A stretch of DNA of 63,579 nucleotides, counting the filler, from Polymyxa betae A26-41 (lineage: Eukaryota; Protista; Endomyxa: Phytomyxea), in assembly GCA_003693705.1 (NCBI GenBank). It is 7 parts of 7 records of this genome, joined end to end, with 100 filler letters (N's around TTAATTAATTAA, not from the genome) between each part and the next. Parts side by side here need not be neighbours in the genome. Positions count along the whole stretch, not along the records: positions 48,529 to 52,425 come from RBZT01000109.1; positions 52,526 to 55,308 come from RBZT01000777.1; positions 55,409 to 61,457 come from RBZT01000977.1; positions 61,558 to 63,579 come from RBZT01000964.1; 3 more parts are not named here. One strand, written 5' to 3'. The position numbers and the translations under genes were made by a program. Shown in pieces: positions 50,424 through 62,302 of the stretch (position 1 is the stretch's first letter; each line of letters starts with the position of its first letter). Under the pieces are notes generated by a model, which was given only the letters and a program-made list of their open reading frames with translations, made no database searches and was not told the origin of the DNA.

Positions 50424-51372
50424 TATGGAAATCCTAAATCTTCAGTCATTTGTCAGCACTTTCATAAGATTTAGGTACTGCATTATTGCTGACCTATCAT
50501 TCTCTTTTCTGCAATATCGGAAGATGCTCGGTTCCTGCTAGGATCGGCCACAATCTTCAAGGTCACGTCCAGGTGCTAGATCCCAGATCGGACGCTGTTA
50601 ACTGCTTGCAACAGGCTTAATTAAAAGAGAGTAATAGAAGATTAGTTTATTTGCTAGTGATAGTCGGCAAGACAATGAGACCCCTTTATGATGATGATTC
50701 AGACTGAAGCTGGCTGCATGCGCCGCCATCTCAGTCAAGTCGTTATTGAGAGTCCTAACGATAACATTAGAAGGCTTGTATGAAGATGTCGTTATAAAGA
50801 GTGTCGTTATAAAAAGGGACTACTGTACTAATAATGAGTAGGTACCTACTCTCAATTGCGAAGAAAGCGAAGGATTTTTGACCACTTTTTCTTCCAAGAC
50901 CCCAGAATTTTTTTTTTTGAATGAACGGATTACTGGATAGTCGGTAGGTACTCTATTCTATTTCAGTCCATTATAAAAAAATATTAAACTTTGAAACGAA
51001 AAAAATCACCCCAAAATCCTTCGCAAATCTGCTTTTCCTTCGCTCTTGGTGATGTTTGTAGATTAATTAAAAACGAATTTATGTTTTCGTCATTCATGGA
51101 GATTTTGATGCTGTAACAGTTTATACTAGTGTATTGAATGTATTTACTTCTTTCGCTTCTTGCCTTTATGATCTTGGCAACGTTTGCAACCCTCAAGGGC
51201 AAAGTTAGGACATTCACGGTTGCCATCAACAAAACCACAACGTGGTCGTTTGGGGTTCTGCAAAATTTGAAGTCTGCGAATTCCACCTTCAAAGTTCTTT
51301 ACAGAAAGATATTTCTTTATCTGTTGCCAAATTGCTGTATCCAAAGCCGATTCAAGAGGATAGTCACTGTGC

Positions 51373-51890
51373 TGTAACGGCATGCACAAAGAACAGGAGC
51401 TGCAATCTTAGGGCGTGGCCTTAGAAGAGGCGCGGCGTTCCTTTAGCTGGGGCACGACATTATCTCCCCCCCCAAAAGAGATATGGGTTTGTGGGTCTGG
51501 AGATGAGTCCAATAATCTGCGATAATTTGGACATCGTTGAAGTGGTGTGCAGGTTCCCAAGAGTCTTCATCTGGGCCTAGATTTTTCCAGCGGACTAAAT
51601 ACTGTCGACGACTGGGCGGGCCGCGATGTGACAAAATCCTGTCGACTACAAATGATAGAGGATCGTGTTGCGGGTCGCACGACACGAGTTGCAAATGTGA
51701 TGGAGCTCACTGGCGATGAAAAAGCGTCTGGTCGTGATCTAGCAACTGATAGCTACCACCTTTTGCGCGACGTAATACCTTAAAAGGTCCTTCATAGTAC
51801 GGGCGGTTCTTACTAGAGCTTGTGGGGTCGATGGCCATAACATAAGAACCTGCGGGAAACGGTACTTTCCGCTCGTCTTCGCGTCCGTCA
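51373..51890 (-). mobile_element. 3' end of a chromovirus-type Gypsy element (GPF motif, chromodomain, PPT, short LTR 51373-51459)
   Basis: YEGPFKV...FVVDRILSHRG...YLVRWKNLGPDEDSWEP; purine tract GGGGGGGAGA followed by TAA-TGTCGTG. Confidence 0.85.
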
Positions 51891-52525
51891 TCATTTTACA
51901 ATGGCAGGAATGCATTTTCCTAACGGAACCGTTGAGCGTATGAATCGTTCTTGTACTTTCAATGAAATATATGTTTCAGGATCAACTCTTAATTCAGGTT
52001 CTCGACTTTGAGAACCGGTAAAAAGCAGGGCTGGAACTACTGTTTCAAAACCACAATCGTTAAGATGTTTGACCCAAGAAACTGGCTGTAATAGATTTAG
52101 AGTGCTTTTGTGGATTGACCAGAGATATTGCGTTTCCAATTAAAACAGCTGTCGAATTCTTGGTATAAAGCTGAATGTGATCGATGTCATGCCCATTGAG
52201 CATGACAGTACTCGCAGCCGCCCAGCCGACCACCAGGCAGTCGTACTGGCCCTTCCTGAGGGGCTGCGCAGAGGGCTGCGCCCCTGCTGACGATTCCTAT
52301 AGGGGAAGAGCCCTAACTGTCACGGACTGCGCGGGTCCCCTCGTCTCCCTACTATGAATGGCGAGGAGCGGCCTCCACGCAACCATTCCGATCAACTCCA
52401 AAATTCATACGTTTCTCATCTCGTCNNNNNNNNNNNNNNNNNNNNNNNNNNNNNNNNNNNNNNNNNNNNTTAATTAATTAANNNNNNNNNNNNNNNNNNN
52501 NNNNNNNNNNNNNNNNNNNNNNNNN

Positions 52526-55308
52526 CGATTCTGGCGTTCAATCGTGCCGTTTGGCCAATGCAAATTTGGCAGACAGAAATGATGCTTGATCTCAAGGATT
52601 CGTTCCAAATCCTCCATCACCTTATTCTTGAAATGTTATCCGCGATCAGATACATGAATAGGCACAACTCCAAAGCGCATAAACCATTGAAGCAGCGCCT
52701 TCACAACCACAGAATGTTCTGCTTCGACAGCAGGAACAAGCTCCTTAAACCCGGAGAAATCATCCATAAAAAACTAAGACATACTTGAAAGAATGTGTAC
52801 CTGATTTCGGTGGCTTCGAAATGAACAGAAAATCATAATGAATGACCTGGTTAGGTTTCGCAGCATGAATGGCATGTCCAAGCGGTCTCGCGATAACCTT
52901 ATCCTTGATAACCAGACAGTTCAAACATTGTCTAACGAACAGCTCGACGTCCCGCGACATTGTTGGCCACCAGAAACGCTTTCCGATCTCCATCAACGTG
53001 GCATCGACACCACGATGTCCAGCGCTAGCACAGTGGGCTATAATACTTAAACGAACCCTCAGATGCTCAGTCGGCACCCACGCGCGGCCTTCTTCATCCG
53101 TATAGAGACCAGAATCTTCATCAACCGACAGACCAGACTTGGTCGCCTCTTCCAGACTATCTAACATCTCCAGCTGAGACGCTCGAATAAATTCCAGCGT
53201 TGGCCAGACCGCATCCTTCCAGTCCTTCCAGACAGGCCTGACCGAAACGTCATTCCAGGCTTCTCTCCGGCCTGAAAAGAATTCACAGAGACAACAGCAG
53301 ACTTCCAACGGCTCAGAATATCAGCCCAAATGTTAGTCTCTCCAGAAATATGGTTAAATCATGTACCGAAAAGGACTTAATCTCCAGGTCCACCTCTCCA
53401 GCCGATCGCTGGTGTGCTACGCTTCATTCCCAGCTCGGCGTTCCGGGTCGAATATATAGACCGAATTCTTATGGTCAGTGAAAATCGTGAACCCTTTGTC
53501 CCTTAATAAGAAATGCTTCAGGCGAATCGTAGCCTCCATAATGGGAAAGGCTTCTTTCTCAATGATGGCCATCTCTGCTGAGCTCCTCGAAATATCCCTC
53601 TTCTTCAGCATCTCCGGATCTGTTTGTGTCAGCATGATACCCCAGTGATCTTTGCTGGCGTCAACAAACAAACAAAACATCGTGTCATCTTTAGGATGCG
53701 CCAAGGTCGCATTTCGCGATCACATCCTTACAATCCTCGAAACAACAAGCATGCTTCTCGGAAAATCCAGCTGTAGTTAACGGTATGGTCGATAGAGCTT
53801 TTCGTGTGCTCGAATTCGCTAACTGCATACAATGCTTTAGTAGATCCTGCAGCGGCGGGACCATTGTCGAGAACTTCGGGATCGACGTTCGCATCCAGCT
53901 CAATCCACAGACGAACTTCTGCAGATCCGCTACGGTCGCCGGCGGCGGTAAGGCCACCAAACCATCGATCATGGCCTTGTCATAAGCCACTCCACGTTCC
54001 GATATCGTACTGCCACACCACTTTCCCTCGGCCGTGTACAACACGCACCGCGTGGCATTCAGCTTAATCAAAAATAAGCGTAAGCGTTCGAGGACCTTTC
54101 GTAGGGCCTGCACAAAATCTTCGTCAGATTTCGCTTTAACCAGCACGTCGTCTATCCATATCAGAACCGAACTATAGAGTAACTCCTCCCCAATAGCTTC
54201 CTGCATTCTGTCCTGAAAATGTCCCACTGCGTCAGTACTTCCTTGAATAACACGATCCGATGTGAGAACACCATCATGCGTCATAAACGAGAGGTACTCC
54301 TGGCAATCAGGGTCCACTGGGAACTGCCAGTTACCTTTGAAAGCATCCAGAACCGCGAACCTGGCGGCTCCAGATAGATGAGCCATAACCACCTCGAATA
54401 TAGGCATCGTCCACGAAGACGGGATCGTGATCGCGTTCACAGCACGCAAATCCACGGTCATGCGGTAGCCCCGTTTGCCTGGCTTCGCGACAACCAGCGC
54501 GGGAGAGGAACAGCATGCATTCGGGTTCCGTCGCTCGAACCCGTTCCGTTCCAGCTCCGACACAATTTCAGAAAGAAATGCCCTGTGATGGGGCAGATAA
54601 CGTCTCGCTCGCGCCCTCGGCAGCTCAGCATCCTGTTTGATTCGAATCTTCATTGGCGTAATCCGAGCTGGCGGGTCTTTCACCAGCTTCGTCCGGAAAA
54701 TATCCTTAATCTCTGAAACTAACTCTCTCAGTTTCGAAATCTTCAATTCTGTAGCGTTTTCCCTTTCCGCTAACAGCAACATGTTCTGCAGGGCCGATTC
54801 CAATTCCTCATCGTCCTGCCGTCCAATAATCTGTGCTAGATCCTCATTCTGCTCAACGTTCAGATCCTCAATTTCGTCCCCTATATTATCTTGTTCTCTC
54901 AACAGCTTCTCCAGACTGGAATTCGGATCAATTCCTAACTCGTCAAACTCCGGTAATCCTATCAGAATGTAGTCCATAGAGCTGTCGATAATCCAGCACA
55001 CTGCCTTGGGGATTCGAACTTGGCCAGCGACAGACCAGATCTCAATAGGTAACGTTACAGTTGACCTCACAATGCCTCCAGCCATGGGATTCGTAGGCGT
55101 TCCGATCGCCGACTTGATCCTGACAGGTTCTTCAAGCAGCGTCTCCTTCCATCCCAAAGCTTTCAGAGAATTCATCAAAGATCGCGGAACGATTGTTCGA
55201 TCAGCTCCACTATCAAACACTGCTGATGTCGTAATATCTCCGACGCAGACTTCGACTTTTTGCAATTGTCCCTTCATCGCGTTGACGTCACCAGATTTAT
55301 CGGTTGTT
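52526..55308 (-). mobile_element. Ty3/Gypsy family A copy 2 (protease-RT-RNase H-integrase; both ends in gaps)
   Basis: Near-identical translation to 41130-43930 in the opposite orientation. Confidence 0.95.
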
Positions 55309-56094
55309 NNNNNNNNNNNNNNNNNNNNNNNNNNNNNNNNNNNNNNNNNNNNTTAATTAATTAANNNNNNNNNNNNNNNNNNNNNNNNNNNNNNNNNNNN
55401 NNNNNNNNAAGTCCCAAAAAAAACAGCGTACGCAGTTTGACGAACTGCGCACGCAATGGCTCCTGATAACGGACGCATAAATCTGATGCATAACAAAGAT
55501 GCGAACCTGATGGAAGTATGACGACGTACCTTAATATTAATAGGCTCGACCCCCGAGAGGTCCGTACGGCATCCGTACGGACCGAGCTGGATTTGGGTCC
55601 TGGGATTCGAGCTGGAATAAATCAGAGTTGATAACGAGCTGTAATTCGTGTGTGTCAATTTAGTAGCGTATCGCGATTGGAGGATCCGCTCCAGGCGCAC
55701 CGCAATTTCTCTGGCTATCGTCTGGGGGATGTCATTATCAAACGAAGCTATTGCTGCAATTGTCGGTAGTCTTAATGCTCTAATTAATGCCATTGCTCAT
55801 TTGAGTTCCGGGGCTGCCCAAATGGTAACTGAGGTCGCTTCCAATTGTGATGTCGGGCCTATCGAGCAGCAATTTCTCGTAGAGATTCTATCAGATATCC
55901 ACAATTTCCGGTAGCAAAATGTTTCAGCAATTTTAGATGGTCGCCCTCTTGCCCGCTTGTTCGTCCCATGGCTAGACAAGGTGGAAGGAGCTAGTTTCGG
56001 GACCGATTCAGTCGACATGGCTGACGCCCAGAACCGGAGAAATTGCAGAGAATGCAACTCCCAGTGGGCGCAACCCTGGCGCAGCCCTTAAAAA

Positions 56095-56191
56095 AATCTG
56101 CTGCCGCATTTTCCGCCCGCTGCACTTTTCAACCGCATTTTCCTTTATTGCGCATTTATTCCCCGCATTTTTTCACACTTGAACCAGCCTC
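56095..56191. mobile_element. Harbinger-type terminus
   Basis: ...CTTGAACCAGCCTC followed by TTA; four CGCATTT subterminal repeats. Confidence 0.45.
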
Positions 56192-57249
56192 TTAGGATAG
56201 TGACATCCTCACTTTAGTGACAAATTCGGCCAGACAATTAGTTTCCCATACCAATAGTGACAAAGTTGTCACTACCTTAGTTTACTGACATCTGTGGATA
56301 TTTAAGTGGATGTCACTAATTCGAGGGATAGCAAGCACAGTGAACCCAATAAATGTAATAATCTTATAGAATTTTTTTTAAACGTTCTTAATTCGTTATG
56401 CATTGAGGCGATCTGAATTCCCGTGGCTCCAGGCTTTAAATGATTCACCTAAGCATGCAAGTGCTGAAGACATTTTTCTAACGATTGTTTCGTTCTGGGG
56501 GCTCCTTTGCCATGTCCTTCACAGATATAACTAAGGTAAATCCGATCCATTTCCTCCCATGATTGCGGCAATAGGAAGTTTTGTTGAGGCTACATCGTCT
56601 TCTCTTGAAGATGCTGATATGATACCGGATGGTCGGTGCAGAGAAAACGAGTCGGAATCTGTAGTCTTGGACAAAAAAGGAGGTACCGGTAATCGTAGAA
56701 GCTGGAGGAGACTGTCGAGCTCCTTTAATTCGCTTCTGTTACTTCTGCAGAAGTTCCTGGATTTGTTATCAAATTCGAACACAAAATATAGCAAACTTGC
56801 TCCTGGACAAATGGAGGACTGCTCATTACAGGACAAAGCCAATCGAGATCTAGTTTATGTCTTTATGGGACTTTTATTCCAACTAATATAAGGGTCTAGG
56901 GTTTAGGGTTTCAAAGTTTAGTGACACCCTAAAGATAGTGACAGAAGGTGACAGACAATTCGGTGACACTAAACCGCGGGGTAACTCTGTATTGGGGTAT
57001 ATGGAGTGCTTGTTATCCACTTTTGGTAATGACTATATTACAGATTGTGTTAATACCTAAGTAATATATTAATAGGTTTAAATAAAATAACTTCCGGTCC
57101 CTGCTCCCGACGGTGTCTTCGGACCGACTCGAGACGCAAGGTGTTTATCCGCAGATAAAACGCCTTCGGTCTCGATTGCGACTTGCGAGAGTTGTTTATG
57201 CGTCTCTTGGCGTCTCAATATCTCTCGTGGCCGCTCATTGTGGTCGTAA

Positions 57250-57620
57250 TGGATCCTATCACTTCAGCTGCGAAAGAAGCTGAACAAATTCAGGCGAATG
57301 TTGAAAGCCTGTCCGATCGTAAGCTCTGCCAATGCCATATAGCTGGCATGCCTATTATTAAGTTGTACCAGAGCGAAATTCTGGCACGCTAAAAACGCGT
57401 ACGCACAAGGGGCTCAAAAAGAGTTTTTCAGCTGGTGTGAAGATAGATATGAAAATGAGATGAGCTCTCATTGTCACTGAATCAAAGCTGCAGCTCTTTC
57501 TTTAAGAAAGAGTGGTTGGTAGAGAATCACGAAAACGTGGCTGTGACACGTCATTGGAGTAAAATGATTCTGAATACTGTCAGCGCAATTGTTGATTTAT
57601 GGAAACGACAGAGCTCTTTA
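57250..57620 (+). pseudogene. Crypton (tyrosine-recombinase DNA transposon) N-terminal fragment, degenerate
   Basis: Across frames: QKEFFSWC...VTESKLQLFL*ERVVGRESRKRG...VSAIVDLWKRQ, resembling NDC10/GCR1-family Crypton proteins. Confidence 0.6.
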
Positions 57621-58238
57621 AACGAAGCTCCTTTTTTGACCAATTTTTGATCAATGAATAATGATCGATAAAATGATCAAGTCCGTACCGGCGCAATTTT
57701 CATTATAATCCTGCAATAAATGTTATTTTATGATCAAACTTTCTGGGGTTCAGCTTCCGCCAGTATAGCCTTGATAGGCCAGGGTAAAAATATCGGAACA
57801 TGCTTGTCAGACCAATCATAGAATCCTGAGTTTGGAAACCACGCGCTCCATTTCGGCATGAACGCAATGGCGTCATAATCGTGCTCGATGGCGGCGATCT
57901 CATCATCTACCGCATTGATTTCATTATCTTATCTTCCAAGTCTAAAACTATAGATAAATTAATGTGGATATTATCGATCCGAAAGGGTGTGTTAGCTTTC
58001 GTTCGTCAGAGTCGCCACTGCAGATACTGCTCGATGCAATTTCCGGTTAACTGGGGATTTCGTCAATTTCTTGAAGCAATCAACAAGCAGCAGAACTTGA
58101 CATAATCCGTAGTTTCAACGATATACACTTTTTTATCTAACGATAGTAACAATTCAAAGAATATTACTCCTATCAGACAACATCCTACTGTACGAAATTA
58201 CGGAATCTATAGCACTTTCTACTAAAGAGACAGACTTT

Positions 58239-61200
58239 TGTAACAGTGCTGTAAATGGAATCTGTATTTCGACAGCTAGTCAGGGCCAGGGTAGTCTCGG
58301 TATCTCGCAGTCCGTGACGCAGCTTCCGTCGGAACGTGAATCTGGCCTTTCCAGCTTGTAGTCCAGGGCTTTTGACAATGGAGACATTCTTCTAGATACT
58401 GCGCGAGTTGCGCACTTCCTTCTATTAGCGCACTTTTTATTTCTACTTAGAGAGAAAATATATATTGATACAAATCAACCCAAAGTTTTTGCTCAAACAT
58501 GCATAAAATAATACAAGACTTCCCGATTAGATCTGCAATCCAAGCTACCGTGCCTACTCTGATAACCGATACTGCCTAGAATCACCCTTCGAATCGGATA
58601 TCAGGATATGTCGGATATCACCAATTTTCTGCGTACGCAAAAAAAATCCGCGTGACTGAGGGTTTGTCAGATAGTTACGTAACGAATGTTGTAGGCAGAT
58701 TAGTAGAATGAATGTATTCATCAGATAATAAATCACCAGGGCCCAATCTTTGGTCGGACCGATCATCTCCGTTCCGATCGCCGATATCCGTGACCATAAA
58801 CTTTAGCATGGTCTGCTATCCAACACACCGCCTTCTCCAAGAACAAGTTCCATGAGTGACGAGAATGAACTTGGGTTATAATAAAGAAATTATTGAGTTA
58901 TGAAGCACCAGTCAAACCTACAGGACTATCCGCTGCCATCGGTATAAATACAAGTAGGAAAAAAGGTCTACTTCCTCAATTCCGCACTGTCGATTGAGGT
59001 AAAATATCCGTGCGGATAAATGGAATTACAGGGTGATTTGGGTTATTTTTCATAAATTCCAGTATGACCCTTGAGTTTTCAGTACGAACACTGAATCCTG
59101 GGCACCATGAATTCTCAACATTATCAAATCCCCGCCATTTTATAAGAAATTCTAAGTCAGTCTTAGAAGGATTATTTTTAGCATCAATGATCTTCTCAAT
59201 ATCGCGAGATGCAGTATCGTAAGCGAACTGATTCAAAATTTCCTCAGTAAGATTGAGAGAATTATCAGAGTAAAACTGAATGCGGTCCCCATGTGTTTTT
59301 TTATCTCTTTCGTGAGTAAATTCTCAACTGAGAAAACATAGCCCTTATGAGTGTCAATTATTCTAAATGGACCTTGCCATAATAATGATAATTTATTGAT
59401 TTGCTTCCTCTCAGGAACTGCAACCAAGACATAATCACCAATTCCAAAGTTAGGAAAGAATCGATTGCGAGATGAGTTTTCTCTATGACGCAGCCTTTCC
59501 ATTTCAGTGATATGATAAATATCTTTATGCATATTAGTTAGGCTTTCAATCAATTTATTAGTAGCCTGTGATATGACATCAGATTCTACTTCAATTGGAC
59601 TAATAGTTCCAATTTCTGGATGAAGGAAGATCGAATCAAGTGGGTTGTCATCTGGTAAACCAGTCATGACTGTAATAGGTGCGCGACCCCCCAAGCGATG
59701 TTGCGGCCTATGATTTAGCGTGTGCTGAATTAAGTTAATCAGCCAAGGCCATTTCAATTTATTGAAACGTAACTCTGAGATTAAGGATCGCAGTAGATTT
59801 AAAATCTCTCTGTTCACAATTTCAATAGAGCCATTAGAGTAATGAGAATATGATGTAACAAAATGTTGATTTGTACCAATTCGTTTACTTAACTCTTTCA
59901 TGGTCTGTGATAGAAAATATGACGCTTGGTTAGAGACATAGATCTCTGAATTCCCAAATATAGCACGCCATTCCAGTAAAGATTCAACAGAAACTCTTGT
60001 ATTGGGTATTAAAAGTGGTCTTAATAGAACCATACCAGAGAAATCATCTCTTATGACAAATAACCATTGATAATCAATAGTATTGTCCTGTTTAGGAGAA
60101 ATATACATATAGTCAAAGTGTAGGACCTGATTAGGACGTACTCCATGACACGCAGTTCCCAACGGGCGCGGGATGCGAAAACCCTTTCTTGTTGGTAAAC
60201 AGTGTAAACATTCGGAGCAGATTTTTCGAATGTCTCGCTCCATTCCAATCCAATAGACCCATTGTTTTAATAAATTCAAAGTCACGTGGTAACCTAAATG
60301 TCCACTATGGCATCCAGCATGAGCGATTATACACAATCATAGTTTTAAACTTTCGCATTGTATTGGAATTATAATACGCCCATTAGAATCCACCAACAAT
60401 CCATCAGAATTCCTAGCCCCAAGGCTATTTGGAAAATATTGAGTTTGCATCCCAGCAATTTCTGAAGTCTCTGGCCAGAGGATATTTTTAAATGGTTGGA
60501 CTCTGAAATCGGAATCTACTGGAGGAATTTCATCAGAGTGATCAGAAATGCGTAACGCATTAATTTGTGCCACTGGCTGTTTGTCAATTTTGCCCGCTCC
60601 CCAGCGAGATAATAAGTCAGCCCAATGATTCTGTTCACCCGGAATATGATGGATTATATAAAAATAATCACGTAATTCTATACCCCATCTAATCAGACGT
60701 TCTGCTAATTGTTTCGAGCATTTACATGGATTATACATCGAAATCAGATTTCGATGATCTGTACAGAGCCTAAATGGTTGAGGCGTATGTAATAAATATG
60801 ACAACTTTCGAAATGTGTCTTTTATTGCAAACGCTTCTTTATCTACTGTAGCCCAATTGAGCTCAGATCCATTAAAGCGATGTCCAACAAATCCTAAAGG
60901 CTGATGTCTTTGTTCCTGAAATGGCTTATTGAGATCTTCCAGTGGAATTTGTGTAACAGTTCCTGAACTAGAATGATAGCTGGCATCACAAAATACACAC
61001 TGTATCATGTTCTCATTTGGATAGGCCAATTGGACACAATTAGCAATGGCCAATTTCAATTTATTAAAAGCATTAGTGTGAATGGAATTCCAGCCAAAAT
61101 CACATAGCTTAACACGATTAGCAACAGATTTTGTTCGCTTCTTCCGCGATTTCATTGAGGCTTCAATCAAATCCTGCAATGGAGTGATAATTCCATTATA

Positions 61201-61457
61201 ATTTAGGATAGATCTACTCATCCATTGAGAAGCCATCAAGATCTGCTGTAATTCACGAGCAGTCATTGGTAATGCCATATCAGTTAAAGCCTGAATCCGA
61301 GATGGATCATGAGAAACACCGTCTGACTTAAAGATTCTTCCACAAAATTTGACCTGTTGCAGAAAGAACTGGCATTTTTCAATGTTAAATTTCAGATTAA
61401 ATGTTTCAGCTAATTTTAATACTTTTCTTAACGCTTTTAACCATTTATCCTGAGTTT
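58239..61457 (-). mobile_element. Ty3/Gypsy chromodomain retrotransposon, family B; candidate 3' LTR 58239-58825
   Basis: RT end, RNase H (FCDAS...DKEAFAI...TDHRNL), integrase (GHLG...CLHC, HFDY), WQGPF, chromodomain FLIKWRGF. Purine tract GGAGAAGGCGGTG then TGTTGG. LTR far end uncertain. Confidence 0.9.
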
Positions 61458-61730
61458 NNNNNNNNNNNNNNNNNNNNNNNNNNNNNNNNNNNNNNNNNNN
61501 NTTAATTAATTAANNNNNNNNNNNNNNNNNNNNNNNNNNNNNNNNNNNNNNNNNNNNAGGTGAGTAAAAGGTGACCTCTCAAATCTGCGTATTTCTCTAT
61601 TTAGTATTGTTACCTGTACTTGGACCCGATTATGATGATGTCAATCTGGATCTGGTAGCAGACTGATTACAGCGCCAGGTTCGGGCTCGATTTAGACCAA
61701 ATCTGTAGGATAAACGTGCTGCCCTGATAT

Positions 61731-62302
61731 TCAATTGATTAAATACATTTCATATAATACATATTGATAAACCGTAACGAACTTGAATGCACCACGATAG
61801 ACTGCCAAAGTAACCATCTGATTAGATGCCTGTAGACCACGCCGACGATACTTATATTCGTGTTGATAGTTAGTGACGTTGCCTTCCATGTGCATTCGAA
61901 TCCGTTCCTCGATACATTCTCCCATCCAAGATATAAGTGGCTGCGCCAACCATTTCCCAGTAATGAAACTGACAGTGATCTGGGCCGCCCAACAGTTGCT
62001 AAAGCAACCAGATCGACTAGCTGCCTCAATTGCCATAGCACGAGCATCATCGACATATTCTTTATTTCAGAGTTGCTTTTAGCTGCTGATGTCAAGATAA
62101 GTAATTGCTTTGAATTCACTTGCACTTTACTGTTTGGGTTAAGAGCTCTTGATGTTTCGAAGCCAATATATGTACTGTTTCGCGTGTTTGATAAGGTATT
62201 AAGCTTTGCTGCTACAATAGCTTTATTGACGTTTGTTTTGTTATCAAAGTAAACTTCTCTGTTGCAAATGCTTGCAGTTTGCTGGATTGCTCGAATTCTC
62301 AT
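61731..62302 (-). pseudogene. Possible degenerate Tc1/IS630-like transposase N-terminal region
   Basis: GKWLAQPLISWMGECIEER...G resembles the G.W.AR.I..W...WI..R segment of large fungal/protist DDE_3-type transposases; broken frames. Confidence 0.35.

Noticed and set aside
52272-52315. Hammerhead-ribozyme-like CTGACGA...GAAG with flanking AGGGCT/AGCCCT stem
   Set aside because: Lacks GAAA, a valid NUH site and a proper stem I.
40464-55308. Large inverted repeat formed by the two Gypsy A copies as a structural feature
   Set aside because: The copies lie on different contigs separated by spacers; relative orientation and distance are unverified.
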